From: Verrucomicrobiota bacterium
Lineage (GTDB): Bacteria > Verrucomicrobiota > Verrucomicrobiia > Limisphaerales > CANJXF01
Assembly (NCBI GenBank): GCA_038214755.1
Contig: JBBQRQ010000020.1
Span: 1-58,539, forward strand
Length of the DNA: 58,539 nucleotides
Direction: 5' to 3'
Shown here: positions 10,080 to 21,056 of the stretch, in pieces
How positions within the stretch are numbered: position 1 is the first letter of the stretch
Layout: the number at the start of each line of letters is the position of its first letter
Translations under genes and position numbers: made by a program
The notes under the pieces: generated by a model
What the model was told of the DNA's origin: nothing
The model's input: the letters and a program-made list of their open reading frames with translations, nothing else
Database searches by the model: none

Positions 10080-10207
10080 AATTTCCGGCGATTGACCGGA
10101 ATGTATTTCGCATGGCAGTCACCCCGGAGCAAGTCCATTCGAGTTCAAGCGAAGCCGGAATGATTCAGTCGAAACCAGATTGGGCGCCGACTTGGGTTGG
10201 CTTGACT

Positions 10208-10303
10208 GGAGCGCGGATTATGGTCCGCTTCGACCCAGTGAACCGATGGATGTTCGTTGCCTGGGGTTACAGTTGAGTTGAAGCGGAATAAATTCCGCCC
10301 TCC
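10208..10303. repeat. GGAG-type REP doublet
   Basis: GGAGCGCGGATTATGGTCCGCTTC ... GAAGCGGAATAAATTCCGCCCTCC; same family as 24481-24585. Confidence 0.75.
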
Positions 10304-10364
10304 GGCATCTTGGGGTCAGATCGACCTCATCCTTCCTGACTACTGATGTCGCGTGGCTGCTAAT

Positions 10365-12215
10365 TTACAACGGCTCTTCTGTTTCCAGAAATCCAGAAAG
10401 CTGCCGAATGCGGGTCGGATGGCGCATCTTGCGCAACGCCTTTGCTTCAATTTGCCGAATGCGTTCCCGCGTCACCTTGAATTGTTTGCCCACTTCTTCG
10501 AGGGTGCGCGAGTAACCGTCGCCCAAGCCGAAGCGCAATTCCAAAACTTTTCTTTCGCGCTCGGTCAGGCTCGAAAGCACGTCGCCCAACTTGTCTTTCA
10601 ACAAACTGTAGCTCGTCATGTCGGACGGATTTTCCGCCGTTTTGTCCTCGATAAAATCGCCGAAGTTCGTGTCTTCGCTCTCGCCCACGGGGGACTGGAG
10701 GGAGATCGGTTGCTGCGCCATTTTTAAGACGGCGCGAACGCGGTCCACCTGCATTTGCATTTCGTCGGCCATTTCATCGGGAGTCGGTTCGCGGCCAAAA
10801 TCCTGGATCAACTGTTTCTGAACCCGCATCAGTTTATTGATCGTTTCGATCATATGCACCGGAATGCGAATCGTTCGCGCCTGGTCGGCAATGCTGCGGG
10901 TGATGGCCTGACGAATCCACCATGTCGCATAGGTGGAAAACTTGTAGCCGCGTCGATACTCAAATTTTTCCACGGCCTTCATCAAACCCATGTTGCCTTC
11001 CTGAATTAAATCCAGAAAGGACTGCCCGCGGTTGGTGTATTTTTTGGCGATGGAAATGACGAGGCGCAAATTGGCTTCCACCATTTCCGTTTTGGCCTGG
11101 ATGGCTTTCCTGGTGAAATATTGAAGCTGCTCATAGGCGCTCAAATACGCCTGGTGTTCCATGCGCACGAATTCTTCCAAAGCCTTGATCTTGCGCTCCT
11201 CGGATTGAATGACCGATTGCTGCTGCGCGGATTTCCGCTGCTCTTCGTAATCCGTAATCGTCCGCAAGCTGAGTTGGATTTTGTCGTGAATGTTGTCGGC
11301 GACCAGCGCCATTTCCTCGATGACTTTTTGTTTGTAATAAAATTTGCAAAACGTCCGCTGCAGCTTGACGTCCAGTTTTTTGAAGTCGCTCAGGAACTTC
11401 TCGCGCCTGGCTTTGCTCGAACCGTTTTGGGTCGCGGCATACTTTTCGTCCACCGATCGATCATAGACACGAACGTGTTTGACCAGCTTGCGCAAATCTT
11501 TGAGATGATTGTCGCGGCCTTCGATTTTTTTATCCACGATGACGCGGTCGAACCGTTCCTTGGGCGGTTCGGAAATTAATTTTTCGGCCAGAGCGATGTG
11601 TTCTTTTCCCGCGAAACCGAAACTATAGATGATGTGTTTGATCGCATTTTCCGCGTCTTCAATTCGCTTGGAAATTTCGACTTCCTGCTCGCGCGTCAGC
11701 AACGGCACCTGGCCCATTTGTTTGAGGTACATCCGCACTGGATCATCGAGGATATCCAGGCGCGTCTTGTCTTCGACTTCTTCTTCCGGTTCGGGCTGCT
11801 TGACCCGGTCCACTTCGGCTTGATCGACAATTTCAACTTCGAGATTGCGGAGTTTGCTATAAATCTCGTCGAGTTCATCGGGGGAAACAACGCTGTCGGG
11901 CAACGCATCGTTGATGTCACTGTAGGTCAAATACCCTTGCTCCTGCGCGAGCCGAACCAGATCTTTAATTTTTTCCGTCAGGTCCGCGCCGGCCAAACTT
12001 TTGAAATTGGCCGGCGCCAGGGCGGAATGCGCGGCGGTGGCGTCTTCAAGTTTGCCCGATTTTTTTTTAAAAATGCCGCGCGCCTTGCCGTTGGACGCAA
12101 GTCTTAAATCCTTTTTTCCCTCCGACGGTTTGCGCTTTCCAACCGCTCGGGCGATGACGTTCAAAAACTTTTTCAGCGCGCCGCTTGCCGGTTTTTTCAC
12201 CTTGGTGTTGGGCAT
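10365..12215 (-). CDS. rpoD: RNA polymerase primary sigma factor RpoD
   Basis: Region 1.1 ([10 protein letters not shown]), [50 protein letters not shown]. Confidence 0.97.
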   Translation of the reverse strand: MPNTKVKKPASGALKKFLNVIARAVGKRKPSEGKKDLRLASNGKARGIFKKKSGKLEDATAAHSALAPANFKSLAGADLTEKIKDLVRLAQEQGYLTYSDINDALPDSVVSPDELDEIYSKLRNLEVEIVDQAEVDRVKQPEPEEEVEDKTRLDILDDPVRMYLKQMGQVPLLTREQEVEISKRIEDAENAIKHIIYSFGFAGKEHIALAEKLISEPPKERFDRVIVDKKIEGRDNHLKDLRKLVKHVRVYDRSVDEKYAATQNGSSKARREKFLSDFKKLDVKLQRTFCKFYYKQKVIEEMALVADNIHDKIQLSLRTITDYEEQRKSAQQQSVIQSEERKIKALEEFVRMEHQAYLSAYEQLQYFTRKAIQAKTEMVEANLRLVISIAKKYTNRGQSFLDLIQEGNMGLMKAVEKFEYRRGYKFSTYATWWIRQAITRSIADQARTIRIPVHMIETINKLMRVQKQLIQDFGREPTPDEMADEMQMQVDRVRAVLKMAQQPISLQSPVGESEDTNFGDFIEDKTAENPSDMTSYSLLKDKLGDVLSSLTERERKVLELRFGLGDGYSRTLEEVGKQFKVTRERIRQIEAKALRKMRHPTRIRQLSGFLETEEPL

Positions 12216-12255
12216 AGGGTTGTTCTACTGGATGTTCCTGAATGAAATGCCGGGC

Positions 12256-12285
12256 AATATGGTGAGAGCGGCGCGCGACAGTCAA
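12256..12285 (-). promoter_or_regulatory. Possible sigma70 promoter of rpoD
   Basis: TTGACT-N18-CATATT about 40 nt upstream of the ATG. Confidence 0.4.
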
Positions 12286-12363
12286 GTCGCCAGAGAATTT
12301 TTTTTGATTGTCTGATTTTTTTCCGGGAGATTCCACAAAAGAACACCGATTACTGGTGCCTCC

Positions 12364-12551
<188 letters not shown>

Positions 12552-12566
12552 AGAAATGAACTCGCA

Positions 12567-12633
12567 CCCGCCGGAGGCAGATGCTACCCGGCGGGCGTCT
12601 GTCCGAATCGGTGTAGCATCTGCCTCCGGCGGG
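12567..12633. repeat. 21-bp perfect inverted repeat, REP-like
   Basis: CCCGCCGGAGGCAGATGCTAC ... GTAGCATCTGCCTCCGGCGGG. Confidence 0.85.
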
Positions 12634-12723
12634 GCGCGAAAAAATTCCGGCTTAAAATAAACGCCGAACGCCCGTGCAAATGACTTGCGACCCAAACCTG
12701 ACTTACTCATCGTCTGACTATTC

Positions 12724-14151
12724 ATGAAAAAAACTTCCTGCATTTTGCCCGCCGTTTTATTTCTCAGTTTTATTTTGCTGCCTTTGGGTTGCGCTACCAG
12801 ATCCGAATCGCAGCACGCCAATGAATTGCGCGCCGGCCTCGCGGAAATTGACATCACTCCACCTGCCGGTCATCGCATGGCCGGCTATTTTGATGAGCGG
12901 CTGGCCACTGGCGTGCATGATCCCCTCCACGCCAAAGCGATCGTTCTCCGACAAGGCGACGAACAAATCGCGCTGGTCTTTTGCGATCTGGTTGGAATCT
13001 CTCTGAACATTTCCACCAACGCTCGGGCCGAGGCCGGCGCGAAAACCGGCATCCCCATTTCCAACATTTTGATTTGTGCGACCCATAGCCACACCGGCCC
13101 GCTCTTCGACGACACGCGGCGAAAATATTTTCATGACCTGGCTCTGCAAAAATTCGGCGAAGATCCGCAGGAGAAAATTTATTATCCAAAATTTCTCCAG
13201 GAAAAACTGGTGAAGGTCATCGTCGAGGCGCAAGCGAAATTAAAACCGGCGCAAATCGATGTCGGCGTCGCCCAGCAGGAGGGATTGACATTCAACCGAA
13301 GATTTCACATGCGGAACGGAACAGTTGCTTTTAATCCGGGACAATTAAATCCGAACATCATTCGGCCCGCCGGGCCGACGGATCCCGATGTCGGCATGTT
13401 GTTGGTGCGCGACTCGAAGAAAAAACTGCTCGGCGGCGTGACGGTTTTTGCCATGCACTCCGATTCGGTGGGAGGAACTCTCTACAGCGCCGATTACGCT
13501 TTTTTTTTGCAGGAGACTTTGCGCAGCGCTCTTGGGAAAAATTATATTTCCGCATTCGCCGCCGGGACTTGCGGCGACTTGAATCACATCAATGTTTTAG
13601 TCAAAGAACCGGTGAAAGGATTGGACGTGGCGGAACGGCTCGGCAGCACGCTCGGAAAAACTGTGCTGGCCAATTTGGAAAAAGCCGAGCCGTTGAAAAA
13701 TCCGGCGCTGGCGGTCCGCAACAAAAAAATTATCGCGCCGCTTCAGGAAATCACCCCGGCGCAATTGGCGGATGCCAAGGGAAAAATCACCAGGCTCGGC
13801 GACACCACCGCCGGATTTATGATGAAAGTTGAAGCAGTGAAAACGTTGGACCTCGCCGAAAAGGGAACGAATTGGCCGATGGAAGTTCAAGTATTTCGAC
13901 TCGACTCCGACACCGCGATGGTCGGTTTGCCCTGCGAAATTTTTGTGGAACTGGGTCTTGCCATCAAAGCGCAATCTCCTTTCAAAAAAACCATTGTCAT
14001 GTCGATCTGCAATGATCGTCCGAGTTATGTGCCGACAAAAAAAGCGTTCACGGAAGGCAGTTACGAAGTGAGCAATGCGCGGGTCAAACCGGGCGTGGGC
14101 GAGACGTTGGTCGAGACCGCGGTGAAGCTGCTCAAAGAAGTTCAGCAATAG
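12724..14151 (+). CDS. Neutral/alkaline ceramidase-like amidohydrolase, probable lipoprotein
   Basis: Signal peptide ending PLGC; DITP, HDPL, ATHSHTGP, GDLN, PCEIF and GSYE motifs. Confidence 0.75.
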   Translation: MKKTSCILPAVLFLSFILLPLGCATRSESQHANELRAGLAEIDITPPAGHRMAGYFDERLATGVHDPLHAKAIVLRQGDEQIALVFCDLVGISLNISTNARAEAGAKTGIPISNILICATHSHTGPLFDDTRRKYFHDLALQKFGEDPQEKIYYPKFLQEKLVKVIVEAQAKLKPAQIDVGVAQQEGLTFNRRFHMRNGTVAFNPGQLNPNIIRPAGPTDPDVGMLLVRDSKKKLLGGVTVFAMHSDSVGGTLYSADYAFFLQETLRSALGKNYISAFAAGTCGDLNHINVLVKEPVKGLDVAERLGSTLGKTVLANLEKAEPLKNPALAVRNKKIIAPLQEITPAQLADAKGKITRLGDTTAGFMMKVEAVKTLDLAEKGTNWPMEVQVFRLDSDTAMVGLPCEIFVELGLAIKAQSPFKKTIVMSICNDRPSYVPTKKAFTEGSYEVSNARVKPGVGETLVETAVKLLKEVQQ

Positions 14152-14334
14152 TTCCAGAAGATTCAAGCGACGGCGAGTTCGGAACTTTTCGCGGTGGAAC
14201 GCCGAGCGGGGCGACCGGATTTTCCAAGCCAGGCTTTTTCGGCGAGCTTCACGGCTTCAGCGACCGCTGCCAGTGGGATGCGAGGACGCCGGCATGGGAA
14301 ATAAAGGTAGAGAATAGTTCGTGCGCTTCCCTCG

Positions 14335-14394
14335 TTCCGAGCGGCGAGTCGCCGCTCGGCACAGGCGGGTCTCCTGTGCAACCCGGCGGCTTCG
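14335..14394. repeat. Half copy of the double-hairpin REP element (GGTAGCACAGG family)
   Basis: Matches the right arm of 58076-58231. Confidence 0.75.
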
Positions 14395-14419
14395 CCCGCC
14401 GCTACTTGGGAATTCGATT

Positions 14420-17400
14420 TTAAGGCGTCGAGATCAAATAAAATCTTTGCGGACGCGAGCCGTCGAGTGTGTCGTTGAAAGTGAAGTTGCCGCTTCCGTC
14501 AAACGTGTTCGTCGCGATGGCCGTCCAGTTGGTGACGGGCAGAGCGATGTTCGCCGAGGCGAGCACATAATATGTTCCGCCGGGAGTTCCTCCCGTTCCG
14601 CTCAACGTCAAAGTATTTCCTGCGAGCAACGGCCCGTTAAATTTCGGCGCCGCGGTGGCGGTGCCAGTGATGCTGATCGTGCCGTCCACGGAAAGGTTGC
14701 TGGTGTTCCACGACAAACCACTGGCCAGCGGCGGCAGACTGATGGAGGCGAACGAACCAGTGAAGGTCGAGGCGTCGAACAAGTTGAAACTTGTTCCCGT
14801 CGCCAATGGAGTGACGCCGACATTCGTGACAATCAGAGCGCCGCCGTAATTCAAAGTGGTGATGCCTTGAACGAGATCGCTCGATGGAGAACCGTCCGCG
14901 CTGATTTCCAAGATGGCCGCTCCTTGCAGCGCCACGGTGTTGTTGACCGTCATTGTGCCGATGGAATTTCCCGGAGCCAACGCGCCCGCCGCTGTCACCA
15001 ACAGGGGACTCGCGATAATCCCACTACCGCCCAATGCGCCGCTACTGACCACAGTGTTGCCGGTGTAAGTATTGATCCCGTTCAAGAATAATGTTCCCGC
15101 GCCAAGTTTCGTCAGTCCGCCATTGCCACCGCCAGCGAGCAAGTCCTGGAGGATGCTGATGTTGAACCCGGCTGAATCGATCCGAGCTCCACCACTCCGA
15201 ACAAAGACCGCGTTCAATCCTTCCATGAACGTTGTGCTCGCCTCAATCGCTTGCAGCGTGCCGCCATTGAGGTTCAGTTCGCAATAATTGCCGATCCCAT
15301 TTTTTTGCACGCCGCGGACGATGGCCAGGCCGTTGGTCAACAAATTGACGTAGGCCGTGCCGTCGCCTTGACCTAGAACAAGTTTTGCGGCGGTAGAATT
15401 GGCCTGTGGCATCGACGCCGTGCCCGCGATGTCAAGGATGTTGGTCGCGGTGGCATTGCCATCGTATCCCGCCCGCAGGTTTGCGGTCGTGCTGTTCTGC
15501 ACCCAGGTTGATCCCGGTCCAATAACCAGTTTGGCCACGCCGTTCGGAATATCGCTATCCGGCCGGAACGCAGACGTGCTGGTCACCGCTGCGCCATCCA
15601 TGATCAGGATGCCGTTGCGCACCTCGGCTTCGGAGTTCCAATTGTGCGCGCCTTGCAGCGTGAGAGTGCCAGTGCCGAGTTTGTTTATCGTGCCGTTGGT
15701 GGAACCGCCGCTCAGCAAGACATCGCTGCTGAAGGTGAGGTTGCGCGTGCCATTATTGAAATCGACAAAACCGCTCAAGGTGAGCGGACCATTGAAAAAA
15801 GAACTTCCGATCGTGCTGGCGGCGAGAACCAACACGGCGTTGGTGACCGTTCGCGCGGTGCTGCCGTCCGAGGTCAGCACACCGCCATTTAACGTCAATG
15901 GCCCGGAGCCAAGAATGTTGTTGCCGCCGAGTTGAATGGTGCCGGTGTTGATGCGCGTGCCGCCGGAATAACCATTGTTGCCGGTGAGAAGAAAAAGATT
16001 GTTGCCCGTCTTGGTCAACGCGAGCGAACTACTCCCGCTGTTGGTGATGACTCCACTGAAACTGCTGAGCACTCCTTGATTGCCGACGGTGATGGTGGAG
16101 GGGAGGGAACCGCTGTTGTCAATCACGCCGCTCCCGGTCAGTCCATTGAGAGCTTCGCTAAAACCGTTGAGGTCCAGCGTTCCATGGAGAACCAGATTCC
16201 CTTTGCCCGCTCCGTGCGGAATAACTTCGCTGATACCCAATAAAAATTTTCCGGCGCTGATGGTCGTATCGCCGGAATAAGTGTTGGTCGTTCCCATGGT
16301 CAAGCTGCCGCTGCCTTGTTTGCGCAATGAGCCTGTCCCTGCCACCAAACCTGGACCAGTGAAAACATAATTGGTCGCCTGATTGGTGACGGTAATCGCG
16401 GCGGGCGATAGCGCAAAGGCAAGGCTCACTGAGAAATTTGTCGCAGCATCATCGAACTGCACCGCTGCTCCTTCGCCATAGATTTTGGCGGTGGGAGGTT
16501 GGGCGGCGAAGTCGAGCCAGTTGGCGGTGTTGGTGTCCCAGTTGGAATTGATGTTGCCGTTCCAATGAAGACTTGGGGCTTCGGTGACGTTGAGTTTGAG
16601 CGCGTTGGCATCGACCACGAGATTGGCCACGACTCCCGAAGGCAAGGTGGTCAATTCAAATTTGCCCGCCGTCACGCCGGAACCGCTCGTGAATTGCACC
16701 AAAGTAAATTGGCCAATCGAAAGTCCCGCGCCGCTGATAACCACTTTGTTTGTCCGGCTCACCGTGAAAGTCGCGGCGTTGATTACGGGAACCGTGGGAT
16801 TGCCCAACACGCCCAGCTCGAAACTCAAAACGTTTGTGCCCGCGCCGGAATTGAGCGTGAGAGTGGAAAGCGTCAGGGACGAACCCGCCGAAGAAATGAT
16901 CGCGCCGAAATCGCTTCCGTCATTGGCCGTCACTGCGCCGCCGCCCGTCGAGCCAGTGGCCAGAACCAATCCGCCGCCCTGAATCACCGTTGCGCCCGTG
17001 TAGTTGTTCGTGCCCAACAACCGCAACGAGCCGGAATTTATTTTCGTGATTCCACCGCCCGTCGAAGCGGGGTCCTGGAGAATGGCCGGAAACACCGGCA
17101 GACTGTAGCCCGCCGAATCAATGGTGACGCCGCCCGCCTTCAACTTCACATTCAGCCCGCCATAGATGAACCCGGAGGCATGAGTGGCATTGGTCGCTTC
17201 CAGGATGCCTCCATCCAATTCCACTTTGGCCAAACTCGTTCCCGTCGTCGCGCCTTGAAAAAGTCTTTGCGTGACCAACCTTCCGCCGTTGATTCGCAAC
17301 GTCCCGTTCGCAGTCTCCGTAATGACGCCGGCTTGACCGATGCGAATTCCGCCGACGGCGCGAAGCAATCCTCCCGTCGCGATATTAATAATTCCCGTCG

Positions 17401-18124
17401 ATGTATTCCCGCCGGCCAGAGTCAGATAATCGTCGTTGTTTGAAGCATAATATTTTTGGGCGATATTAATCACTTCGCCTCCGGTCAAATTTAGAATACC
17501 CGTCTCCAGGTCTCGCCCAATCAACCATTGATTGGTGATAACCATCAGCCCGCCGGAGACATCGACCGTTCCGACCCCGCCATTGCCGGTGGTGCTGGAT
17601 TGATCGCTGCCAATGCGGAAGTAATCGATAAATACATTTCCACTGGAGAGCGTCATGAAACCTTTCCCGCCACCGCCGCCGATAAAGAAATACTGGTCGT
17701 TCGCCGTGTTTGTGCTGTTGTAGCGATAAAAATTTCCTCCCGCGATTTCCAAGCGGCCCAACGCATTCAAGCCCGTGCCCACTTGCGGGTTGTTGGCAAC
17801 CGTGCCGAAACTCCCGGTGACTTTCAAAGTGCCGTTGATGATGCGCACCGTGCCGGTGCTGTTGTTGATATTTTTTCCGGCGAGGTAGAGGTTTTGAACT
17901 TCATACGTGTTGCCATCGCTGATGGTCGCCGTCCCGCTGTTGGTGATGCGCGCCAGATCATTCGTGCCCGGCACGGCCCCATTCCAGTTGATGTTAGTCC
18001 CGAACTCGCCCGTGCTGCCCGGAGTAAACCAATCAATCGTGAGCGCGGGCAATGACGCTGGGGCGGCCAGGAAACAAGCAAAGACGATGAACGAACGAAT
18101 GGATTTGGTGATTTTGTTTTTCAT
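14420..18124 (-). CDS. Secreted protein with autotransporter-associated beta-strand (PATR) repeats
   Basis: Signal peptide; five (L/I)xKxGxGxLxLxxxNxYxG-like repeats; G/T/N-rich beta-helix character; no obvious C-terminal barrel. Confidence 0.88.
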   Translation of the reverse strand: MKNKITKSIRSFIVFACFLAAPASLPALTIDWFTPGSTGEFGTNINWNGAVPGTNDLARITNSGTATISDGNTYEVQNLYLAGKNINNSTGTVRIINGTLKVTGSFGTVANNPQVGTGLNALGRLEIAGGNFYRYNSTNTANDQYFFIGGGGGKGFMTLSSGNVFIDYFRIGSDQSSTTGNGGVGTVDVSGGLMVITNQWLIGRDLETGILNLTGGEVINIAQKYYASNNDDYLTLAGGNTSTGIINIATGGLLRAVGGIRIGQAGVITETANGTLRINGGRLVTQRLFQGATTGTSLAKVELDGGILEATNATHASGFIYGGLNVKLKAGGVTIDSAGYSLPVFPAILQDPASTGGGITKINSGSLRLLGTNNYTGATVIQGGGLVLATGSTGGGAVTANDGSDFGAIISSAGSSLTLSTLTLNSGAGTNVLSFELGVLGNPTVPVINAATFTVSRTNKVVISGAGLSIGQFTLVQFTSGSGVTAGKFELTTLPSGVVANLVVDANALKLNVTEAPSLHWNGNINSNWDTNTANWLDFAAQPPTAKIYGEGAAVQFDDAATNFSVSLAFALSPAAITVTNQATNYVFTGPGLVAGTGSLRKQGSGSLTMGTTNTYSGDTTISAGKFLLGISEVIPHGAGKGNLVLHGTLDLNGFSEALNGLTGSGVIDNSGSLPSTITVGNQGVLSSFSGVITNSGSSSLALTKTGNNLFLLTGNNGYSGGTRINTGTIQLGGNNILGSGPLTLNGGVLTSDGSTARTVTNAVLVLAASTIGSSFFNGPLTLSGFVDFNNGTRNLTFSSDVLLSGGSTNGTINKLGTGTLTLQGAHNWNSEAEVRNGILIMDGAAVTSTSAFRPDSDIPNGVAKLVIGPGSTWVQNSTTANLRAGYDGNATATNILDIAGTASMPQANSTAAKLVLGQGDGTAYVNLLTNGLAIVRGVQKNGIGNYCELNLNGGTLQAIEASTTFMEGLNAVFVRSGGARIDSAGFNISILQDLLAGGGNGGLTKLGAGTLFLNGINTYTGNTVVSSGALGGSGIIASPLLVTAAGALAPGNSIGTMTVNNTVALQGAAILEISADGSPSSDLVQGITTLNYGGALIVTNVGVTPLATGTSFNLFDASTFTGSFASISLPPLASGLSWNTSNLSVDGTISITGTATAAPKFNGPLLAGNTLTLSGTGGTPGGTYYVLASANIALPVTNWTAIATNTFDGSGNFTFNDTLDGSRPQRFYLISTP

Positions 18125-18331
18125 AAATAATTTTTTGGGGAATGAATCTGACGGAGGCAGTTGATAAAACAGTTAATAAAATAGAGGCATAAAAAATTCC
18201 TGGGCTTGGAACAGATTTAATCTCGAAAGTGAAATGCGCCGCAAGAAAAAAAGCCGTCATTGAAATGAAAATGGAATCATCCCCAACAAAACTTAAAACT
18301 TCCGCCGTTTGGAGGAGGGTTTGAGGCGCAT

Positions 18332-18680
18332 TTGGACTGCGGGGACATGTCCCTGCTTTGGCTACACGGTGGCAAAAACGAGAGCGTTCAAGAAATTCGA
18401 GATTTCACTTGTCAACGAAGCGCGCAGGAAAAGCGGCGTCCTGCCGCCGCAGTCCACGGGGGGTTGCGCGTTGTGCCCCGTCGGAACGCCGATTTCCCAA
18501 TCGGCTTGATGGTCATTCGCTCCGAGCCGGTTGGGAAACCGGCGTTCCTTATCTTGGACTGCGGGGACATGTCCCCGCTTTGGCTACACGGTGGCAAAAA
18601 CGAGAGCGTTCAAGAAATTCGAGAATTTCCCTTGTCAAACAAGCGCGCAGGAAAAGCGGCGTCCTGCCGCCGCAGTCCAA
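18332..18680. repeat. Composite REP cluster: two direct ~125-bp TTGGACTGCG doublets (18332-18456, 18554-18680) around a GGAACGCCG doublet (18483-18548)
   Basis: Near-identical direct copies visible; each has TTGGACTGCGGGGACATGTCCC...AAAGCGGCGTCCTGCCGCCGCAGTCCA. Confidence 0.92.
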
Positions 18681-18743
18681 AGAGGTTGAAGTCTTCGTCC
18701 AACCCGGCCACTTTTTCGCAGAGTTTTTTTTAAAACTTTTCGC

Positions 18744-19352
18744 ATGAACGAAAAAACGCTCCGACATCTTTCGCAAGCAGACAAAACCCTGGGCAGGCTG
18801 ATTCGCAAAGTCGGCCCATGCACTTTGAAGCCGGAGAAAAATTGCAGCCCGTTTCAATCGCTGGTGCGATCGGTCGCCCATCAACAACTCACCGGAAAAG
18901 CGGCGGCGACAATTCTCGGGCGAGTCAAAGCGCTGTTCCCCGGAAAACGTTTTCCCGACCCGGAAGATTTGCTTTTGATCCCCGACGAAAAATTGCGCGC
19001 CGCCGGTTTGTCCGGCGCGAAAGTCAGAGCGGTCAAAGACATCGCCGCGAAAACGTTGGCAGGAGTTGTTCCAACCATGCGCGAGATTCACAAACTTTCG
19101 AATGAAGAAATTTTGGAGCGGCTCACCACCATTCGCGGGGTCGGTCCTTGGACGGTGGAAATGCTGCTGATGTTTCGGCTGGGTCGGGAAGATGTTTTTC
19201 CAATCACCGATTACGGCGTGCGAAAAGGTTTTGCGCTCATTTATAAATTGGAGGAGTTGCCGACGCCCAAAGCGTTGCTCGCGCACGGAGAAAAATGGCG
19301 GCCTTATCGAACCACTGCGGCCTGGTATCTTTGGCGCGCGCTGGAGTTGTAA
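18744..19352 (+). CDS. alkA: DNA-3-methyladenine glycosylase II (AlkA, HhH-GPD family)
   Basis: HQQLTGKAA, GLSGAK, RGVGPWTVEM, DVFPITDYG, WRPYRT. Confidence 0.9.
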   Translation: MNEKTLRHLSQADKTLGRLIRKVGPCTLKPEKNCSPFQSLVRSVAHQQLTGKAAATILGRVKALFPGKRFPDPEDLLLIPDEKLRAAGLSGAKVRAVKDIAAKTLAGVVPTMREIHKLSNEEILERLTTIRGVGPWTVEMLLMFRLGREDVFPITDYGVRKGFALIYKLEELPTPKALLAHGEKWRPYRTTAAWYLWRALEL

Positions 19353-19384
19353 TTTTTTCCGGTCGATTGATTGCCAGAAAGCGA

Positions 19385-19456
19385 GGAACGCCGATTTCCC
19401 AATCGGCAAGACGCCGCACGCTCGACTGTGACGGGCCGAACCGGAGTTCGGCGTTC
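19385..19456. repeat. GGAACGCCG REP doublet between convergent genes
   Basis: Left arm identical to 18483-18505; degenerate inverted arm at 19435-19456. Confidence 0.75.
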
Positions 19457-19504
19457 GGTTCGCAGGACGCCATTTCGAAAAATTATTTTGGCAATGAGTC
19501 TTTT

Positions 19505-20779
19505 TCAAATCGGCACATCATCTGAGGAACTATCGAGCCGGCCATATTTTCGAATCTCCGGCCAGACCAGCGCGGTGATGATGACCACCACAATCGCTCC
19601 GACTCCGCCCGACACGACGGCGAAAACCGGTCCGAAAAAATTGGCGACAATACCGGATTCAGTTCCGCCCAGTTCGTTGGAAGTGCCGATGAACAAACTG
19701 TTCACCGCCGAAACTCGACCGCGCATCGGATCGGGCGTGAGCAATTGCACGAGCGTGTGGCGGATCACCACGCTAACGTTGTCCGCCGCGCCGCAAACGA
19801 CCAGCATCGCAAACGAAAACCAGAATGACGTGGATACGCCAAACGCAATGGTGGCGAGGCCAAACAAAAGGACGGAGACAATGAGGGCATGTCCCGCTTT
19901 TTGCAGGGGCCGACGATGCGCCAGATACGCCGAGCAGGAAATGGAGCCGAGAGGCAGCGCGGCTTGCAACAAGCCGAGGCCGTTTGGCCCGACGTGCAAA
20001 ATATCCTTCGCGTAAACCGGCAGCAACGCCGTCGCGCCTCCGAGCAGCACCGCAAAAAGATCCAGCGTGATCGTGCCTAAAATAATTTTCGTTTTGTGAA
20101 CGAATTTAAAACCGGCCAGCAAGTTGCCCAGAGTCATTTCTTCTTTTGGACGAACGGTGTGTTTGCTGCGGACCAGCGCGATCAACCCAAAACAGACCAT
20201 CGCGGCCACCGCGTTGGTCGCGTACACGACGGCGGCATCGTGTCTCCACGCGATGAGCGCACCGCCGACCGCCGGGCCAATGACCGACGAGAGATGAAAT
20301 GCGCCGGTGTTCCAAGTGACGGCGCGCGAGAAAAATTTTCGCGAAACCAGCTGCGGCAGGAAGGCCTGGCTCGAGGGCCAAAGAAAAGTTCGGGCCATTC
20401 CCGCAGCGGTCAGACAGAAATAAATCCAGGCGACATCCGCGCGCCAAAAAGAAATCAACGCCAACCCGACACTGGCCAGCGCGGTGAGAAACACGGTGGC
20501 GAGAATCGTGATTTTCCGGTCGGAAGTGTCGGCCACGTGACCGGCAGGCAAAATCAAAAGAATCATCGGAACCATTTGCGTCAGGCCCACCCACCCAAGA
20601 GCGAGCGGTGAGTGGGTGCGTTCGTAAAGTTCCCAGCCGACTGCCACGGTGAGCATTTGCGTTCCGAGTGACGCGATGAATCGGGCAATGAGATAAAGCA
20701 AAAAATCCCGATTGCGGAGAACGGTGTATGGACTTTCCGGCGGGGAATTGCTTGCTGTGGGTTCGGAGCCAGGCTTCAT
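19505..20779 (-). CDS. MFS transporter
   Basis: About 12 hydrophobic segments; AGHVAD..DRK motif A; TPDPMRGRV. Confidence 0.9.
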   Translation of the reverse strand: MKPGSEPTASNSPPESPYTVLRNRDFLLYLIARFIASLGTQMLTVAVGWELYERTHSPLALGWVGLTQMVPMILLILPAGHVADTSDRKITILATVFLTALASVGLALISFWRADVAWIYFCLTAAGMARTFLWPSSQAFLPQLVSRKFFSRAVTWNTGAFHLSSVIGPAVGGALIAWRHDAAVVYATNAVAAMVCFGLIALVRSKHTVRPKEEMTLGNLLAGFKFVHKTKIILGTITLDLFAVLLGGATALLPVYAKDILHVGPNGLGLLQAALPLGSISCSAYLAHRRPLQKAGHALIVSVLLFGLATIAFGVSTSFWFSFAMLVVCGAADNVSVVIRHTLVQLLTPDPMRGRVSAVNSLFIGTSNELGGTESGIVANFFGPVFAVVSGGVGAIVVVIITALVWPEIRKYGRLDSSSDDVPI

Positions 20780-21056
20780 AGCGCGCGCTGCGGCGAAGAA
20801 TCTTTTTGGGTCGCGCTAAACTTTTCCTTGTTCAATCAATCGCAAAATATCCGGGAGGTCTTGGCCCTCGCAATTGTTAAATTCCAACGCGCGTTTTCGA
20901 ATTGTGAAATTACTCAGATGAGGCTGGTGAATTGTATTGAGAAACTTTCCATGCAATCCCTCACCGTAAAAACGTCGCCTCCTTCATGGCGACGCGCCCG
21001 GTCCCGTTCTAAAAAGTGCGCGGTCAATCGGGATTCAATTAAGAAACTAAAACTTT

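Noticed and set aside
18332..18747. MDCGDMSPLWLHG-type ORFs (also 34719-34904, 52183-52458)
   Set aside because: Translations of the same non-coding REP family.
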